Assembly (NCBI GenBank): GCA_963677745.1
Contig: OY782391.1
Location: 1,271,836-1,335,835 of the forward strand
Direction: 5' to 3'
From: Candidatus Altimarinota bacterium
GTDB lineage: Bacteria > Patescibacteriota > Gracilibacteria > UBA1369
Length of the DNA: 64,000 nucleotides
Shown: positions 59,490-64,000 of the stretch, in pieces
How positions within the stretch are numbered: position 1 is the first letter of the stretch
Layout: each line of letters opens with the position of its first letter
Program-made: the position numbers and the translations under genes
The notes under the pieces: model-generated
Told to the model about the DNA's origin: nothing
What the model saw: only the letters and a program-made list of their open reading frames with translations
The model's database searches: none

Positions 59490-59954
59490 GTGCGTCAAAT
59501 AGAGAAAATCGGCAGTCTTATGACACTGGAGAAGTACGCCAAAAGGCTGAGTAAAGAGCTGTCTGGCCGGTCATTGCTTCTGCTTAGCGGGTCTTTGGGC
59601 ACTGGCAAGACAGCCTTGACAAAAAAACTACTCAAGGTTTTTAATTTTCCGGAAAATAAGGTTAAAAGCCCTACCTTCAGCCTGATTAACCGTTATCAAA
59701 CCACACAATACACCTTCTATCACGTCGATCTTTACCGTTTGGAAAGGGAAGACCCTTTTTTGATTTCCGAAATGAAAGAGTTTCTGGATGAATCAAAAAC
59801 AGTCCTGATTGTGGAATGGCCGGAAAAACTGGATCTCAGCCCGATCTTTCACCTAACCAGAAAAATTATAGAAATCAATCTGAGTTTTACCGATAAAAAC
59901 TTAAGAAAAGTCGAATTTTGTGATAAAAGATCATCAACTAGCAAGAAGATATGA
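59490..59954 (+). CDS. tsaE: tRNA threonylcarbamoyladenosine biosynthesis ATPase
   Basis: LSGSLGTGKT, VKSPTF, HVDLYRL, IVEWPE. Confidence 0.93.
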   Translation: MRQIEKIGSLMTLEKYAKRLSKELSGRSLLLLSGSLGTGKTALTKKLLKVFNFPENKVKSPTFSLINRYQTTQYTFYHVDLYRLEREDPFLISEMKEFLDESKTVLIVEWPEKLDLSPIFHLTRKIIEINLSFTDKNLRKVEFCDKRSSTSKKI

Positions 59955-62900
59955 CCTTTGTCCACCTAAATTGCCATTCACACTATAGCCTGCTCGAAGC
60001 GCTTGGTACGCCTAAGGATATTGTAAAAAAAGCCAAGGAATTTGGTTGTCCTGCAGTCGGTCTGACCGATAATTCCTATCTGTACGGGGCTGTTGAATTC
60101 TATAAGGCCGCCAAAGAGGCAGGAATCAAGGCGATTATTGGCAGTGATTTCTATATTACCAGTGGCTCGAGGCTTGATCGCGGTCCGGAAACTGCCAAAA
60201 ACATCTTTCGGCTGACTGTACTCTGTAAAAACAATCAGGGTTATGAAAACCTTCTAAAACTGAGTACGCTTGCCTCTCTGGAAGGATTAAGCTTTTATCC
60301 CAGGATTGACTTTGAGCTGCTCCAAAAATATAGCGAGGGGCTGATCGTGCTAAGCGGAAATAAAGACGGTGAATTAGGACAGGCTCTCCTCCAGGGAGAC
60401 CTGGCGGCCGCAGCAGGGATCGCAGAAAAATATCATCAGCTGTTCGGAGAAGATTATTATCTGGAAATACAAAGACATCCCCAAATTCCCGAATACCGGC
60501 AAATGGAGCCGTTGCTGATGCAGCTGGCTCAGGACCACCAGCTGCCACTGGCTGCCACACAAGCATCCCACTATTTGAAATCGGACGACGCCGGACCGCA
60601 CGACATACTTTTATGCATAGGCAATCAGACCAATTTAAATGATCTCGGCAGACTGCGCTATGAAGGCGACTTCTCAATGAAATCTGCCGAAGAAATGCTG
60701 GCCCTGTTTTCCGATCTGCCGGAGGCCTGTGAAAACACCCTCAAAATTGCCGAGAAATGTGATTTGTCGATAAAATTCGGCCAATACCTGATCCCCCAGT
60801 TTAAAACCCCCAACGGGGAGAGTTCACGCGAGTATTTACGGCTGCTTTGCCTGAAAGGTCTTGATGAATTATATCCGCAGGAACGTAAGGCCCAGGCCCT
60901 GAAACAGCTCAATTATGAGCTGGAGATAGTCGATAAAATGGGGTTTAACGATTACTTCCTGATAGTCTGGGACTTCATCAACTATGCCAAAACCAACGGC
61001 ATCATGGTGGGGCCGGGCAGAGGTTCGGCCGCCGGTGCAATTATCGCCTATACGCTGAAAATAACGGAACTAGACCCGATCGAACATGGTCTGGTATTTG
61101 AAAGATTTTTGAATCCCGACCGTGTTTCCATGCCAGATATAGATATAGATTTTGCCGATCACCGGCGCCATGAAGTTCTGGAATATACTATCAATAAATA
61201 CGGCAAGGACTGTGTGTCCCAGGTAATCACATACGGAACCATGTCTGCCAAAGCGGCGGTCAGGGATGTGGGAAGGGGAATGGGCTATCCCTATTCGGAG
61301 GTTGACCAGGTGGCAAAAGCGGTTCCCCAGCCCAAACTTGGCAAGCATACCCCGCTGAAAATTTCCATCGAAAAGGACCCCAATTTAAGTGAGCTTTACA
61401 AAAATAATGGCAGGGCCCGCAATCTGTTGGACAATGCCATCAGGCTGGAAGGTACGGTCCGTCATGCCGGAACCCACGCCTGTGCCGTAATTGTGGCCGA
61501 CCGGCCTCTGGTGAATTTTACGCCGCTCCAAAAATCCACCGATGGAAGTGACGGAATTGTCACGCAGTATTCCATGAAGTACCTGGAGGAAATCGGACTG
61601 CTTAAAATGGACTTTTTGGGGTTGAAGAACCTGACCATTATTGAAAAGGCTCTGGAACTGATCGAACAGAGAACCGGTGAAAGAATTGATATTACTAAAT
61701 TGCTTCTGACCGACGAAAAGACCTTTGAATTGTTGCAGAGAGGCGACACTACCGGAGTGTTTCAGCTGGAATCTTCCGGCATGAGGCGCTACATCAAAGA
61801 ACTTAAGCCCACGCACTTTGAAGATATAGTTGCGATGATTTCGCTCTACCGTCCCGGCCCGCTGGAATGGATCCCGTCATATATAGAGGGTAAACACCGG
61901 CCGGAAACGGTTAAATATTTGGATCCTTCTTTTGAGTCCATCCTCAAGGAAACTAATGGAATAGCCATTTATCAGGAACAGATTTTATTGATCGCGCGAC
62001 ATTTTGCCGGTTTCAGTCTCGGCCAGGCCGACATTCTGCGACGCGCCGTGGGAAAAAAAGATCCCAAAGCGCTGGCCGAACAAAAGGATAAATTTATTCA
62101 GGGAGCGGTTAAATGCGGTCAGGGAGAAGTTCACGCCCGGCAGATTTTTGAAAAAGTAATTGAACCGTTTGCCGGTTATGGCTTCAATAAAGCCCATGCG
62201 GCCTGCTACGCCATGATCTCCTACCGCACCTCCTGGCTCAAAGCTCATTATCCGACCGAATTGATGGCCGCCCTGCTCACTTCCGACAGTGACAATACCG
62301 AAAAAGTGGCCCAGGAAATGTCTGACTGCGAGGAGATGGGACTACGGGTACTTCCGCCATCCATCAATGAATCCGAGCTGGGATTCTCAGTCGAAAAGGA
62401 GGGGGTGATACGTTTCGGGCTGGGCGCTATCAAGGGGTTGGGGGAGGGTGCCATCCAGCAGATTCAAGCCGCCCTCCTGAAGGCGGGCGCATTCCGCAGT
62501 CTGGAAGATCTGATCAGCCGGCTTCCTTCCAAACTGGTAAACAAAAAAACGATTGAATGCCTGGCTTATTCCGGTGCACTGGACGAGTTCGGCGACCGCA
62601 GAACCATAGCCGAAAATTATGAAGTAATTTCTGAATTTTCCCGCAATATTGAAAAATCAAAAAGCTCTGATCTGGCTCAGACCGATTTGCTGGGTATGTT
62701 TTCCGAAGAATCCCAGAACTCCCTTAACCAGACGCTTAAACTTAAACCGCTCGCCCCTCTGTCTGTGATGGAAAAACTTAAAAAAGAAAAGGACTATCTG
62801 GGGCTGTATGTCTCCTCGACTCCGCTCAAAGGGCTGTCCCGATATCTCCGCGGCAAGGTCAGATTTATCGGCGATTTTGCGGAAAAGGATTTGGGCAGGA

Positions 62901-63508
62901 CTCACAAAGTGGCAGGACTGCTGACTTCCATCAAAACCATCATTACCAAGTCCGGGTCGGCCATGGCCTATGCCGAACTGGAGGATCCGACCAACAAATT
63001 GATCCTGGTGATATTTCCAAAAATTTACGAAGAATTTAAATTCAAGATCAAGGAAGACCAGGTCTTCATTGTTGAAGGAAAACTGGAAGCCCGGCGGGGG
63101 GAACTTCAGCTGTCGGTATATGGAATGAAAAATGTCTCTCTGGAGACAATGATTAAAAATGCCACCGATTCCGGTCTGTATGATCCCGATGAAAAAATAA
63201 AAAAAAGAGCACCCGACATCCATTTGGAAAAAACCTTTGATAAAACTGATGGAGCAGCTCCGACCGCCGCCCCGAAAAATCCCTACAAACATTTGGTTTT
63301 GGACGACCGCAAGTTACTGATCACTATCCCGGCAGGCTTCGACCCGTCCCGTTTTTCCGGGCTGAAGGAACTCCTGGCCACCATTCAGGGGCCGCTTCCC
63401 GTACACATTTCCATTCCTGAAAACGGTAAAAGCAGACTTCTGAAAACCGGCATCAATATCAACGCCGAACCCGACAATCTCCTAAAAATTGAGAAATTTC
63501 TTGGCTAA
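59951..63508 (+). CDS. dnaE: DNA polymerase III alpha subunit
   Basis: PHP domain (HSHYSLL), GPGRGSAAG, MPDIDIDF, LKMDFLGL, YGFNKAHA, OB fold; no intein seen. Confidence 0.98.
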   Translation: MTFVHLNCHSHYSLLEALGTPKDIVKKAKEFGCPAVGLTDNSYLYGAVEFYKAAKEAGIKAIIGSDFYITSGSRLDRGPETAKNIFRLTVLCKNNQGYENLLKLSTLASLEGLSFYPRIDFELLQKYSEGLIVLSGNKDGELGQALLQGDLAAAAGIAEKYHQLFGEDYYLEIQRHPQIPEYRQMEPLLMQLAQDHQLPLAATQASHYLKSDDAGPHDILLCIGNQTNLNDLGRLRYEGDFSMKSAEEMLALFSDLPEACENTLKIAEKCDLSIKFGQYLIPQFKTPNGESSREYLRLLCLKGLDELYPQERKAQALKQLNYELEIVDKMGFNDYFLIVWDFINYAKTNGIMVGPGRGSAAGAIIAYTLKITELDPIEHGLVFERFLNPDRVSMPDIDIDFADHRRHEVLEYTINKYGKDCVSQVITYGTMSAKAAVRDVGRGMGYPYSEVDQVAKAVPQPKLGKHTPLKISIEKDPNLSELYKNNGRARNLLDNAIRLEGTVRHAGTHACAVIVADRPLVNFTPLQKSTDGSDGIVTQYSMKYLEEIGLLKMDFLGLKNLTIIEKALELIEQRTGERIDITKLLLTDEKTFELLQRGDTTGVFQLESSGMRRYIKELKPTHFEDIVAMISLYRPGPLEWIPSYIEGKHRPETVKYLDPSFESILKETNGIAIYQEQILLIARHFAGFSLGQADILRRAVGKKDPKALAEQKDKFIQGAVKCGQGEVHARQIFEKVIEPFAGYGFNKAHAACYAMISYRTSWLKAHYPTELMAALLTSDSDNTEKVAQEMSDCEEMGLRVLPPSINESELGFSVEKEGVIRFGLGAIKGLGEGAIQQIQAALLKAGAFRSLEDLISRLPSKLVNKKTIECLAYSGALDEFGDRRTIAENYEVISEFSRNIEKSKSSDLAQTDLLGMFSEESQNSLNQTLKLKPLAPLSVMEKLKKEKDYLGLYVSSTPLKGLSRYLRGKVRFIGDFAEKDLGRTHKVAGLLTSIKTIITKSGSAMAYAELEDPTNKLILVIFPKIYEEFKFKIKEDQVFIVEGKLEARRGELQLSVYGMKNVSLETMIKNATDSGLYDPDEKIKKRAPDIHLEKTFDKTDGAAPTAAPKNPYKHLVLDDRKLLITIPAGFDPSRFSGLKELLATIQGPLPVHISIPENGKSRLLKTGININAEPDNLLKIEKFLG

Positions 63509-63548
63509 TACCGTGATTTAATTATAATTCAGCAGCAATAACAAAAAC

Positions 63549-64000
63549 ATGAACAGAACACATAAAAACAACGAACTGAGACAGTCGGATATTGGAAAAA
63601 CTGTTACTTTATGCGGTTGGGTGCATCACCGGCGTGACCATGGCGGCGTGATTTTTATTGATCTGAGGGATCGTTACGGCCTCACTCAAATAGTCACTGA
63701 TCCGGAGAAACTGCCTGATGCCCATCAGAAAGCCGACCAAGTCCGTCCTGAATATGTGATAGAAATACGCGGCGTGGTGAGGGCCAGACCCGAAGGTCAG
63801 GATAATCCCAATTTGGAGACCGGTTTGATCGAGGTGTTAATTGACAATTTCAAGATTATCAATGAATCAAAAACACCTCCTTTTGAAATTGACCATGAAT
63901 CTTTTGTCAACGAAGAACTGCGTCTAAAATACCGTTATCTGGATCTGCGCCGGGAAAGACTTAAAAACAATATTATTGAAAGGCACCGCATTGTAAAATT
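63549..64000 (+). CDS. aspS: Aspartate--tRNA ligase (5' part, runs off the window)
   Basis: Translated by hand as MNRTHKNNELR...VTLCGWVHHRRDHGGVIFIDLRDRYGLTQIV...EELRLKYRYLDLRR. Confidence 0.95.
   Translation, partial: MNRTHKNNELRQSDIGKTVTLCGWVHHRRDHGGVIFIDLRDRYGLTQIVTDPEKLPDAHQKADQVRPEYVIEIRGVVRARPEGQDNPNLETGLIEVLIDNFKIINESKTPPFEIDHESFVNEELRLKYRYLDLRRERLKNNIIERHRIVK

Noticed and set aside
59951-63508. Intein or intron in dnaE
   Set aside because: The length and motif order are normal, with no insertion.
1-64000. Genetic code 25 (TGA=Gly) as in some Gracilibacteria
   Set aside because: Conserved genes translate at full length in the standard code, and several end at TGA (for example rfbB, tsaE and the 17651 gene).

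Overview
This window is a chromosomal segment of a bacterium that looks like Patescibacteria/CPR, most like Peregrinibacteria. That call is inferred from CPR-type pilin and PKD genes, a DUF5663-like gene, SLH proteins with CsaB, standard genetic code, and AT-rich starts without Shine-Dalgarno (SD) sites. It carries housekeeping genes (gpmI, nth, rpmA, tig, rplS, rnhB, rfbABD, infB, rpsA, rsmE, clpC, ruvB, tsaE, dnaE, partial aspS), three tRNAs (Gln-TTG, His-GTG, Arg-TCT), a pilin/PKD surface locus and a cluster of large effector-like orphan genes. The most unusual feature is a set of GC-rich genes at about 35.0-39.8 kb, with a probable further member at 10.0-11.05 kb. They encode a predicted outer-membrane beta-barrel and myxobacterial-style Cys/Gly-rich lipoproteins, and they have strong SD sites that native genes lack. 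They are driven by AT-rich sigma70 promoters through a repeated non-coding leader: ATCTTGCTT, a hairpin, a boxA-like element, ATAAAGGCA, then a long stem. No mobility genes are visible. One testable reading is that these transcripts are made by the CPR cell but written for a diderm, GC-rich host. Domesticated horizontal transfer and chimeric assembly remain alternatives. All product calls come from motif recognition by eye; no database searches were run.
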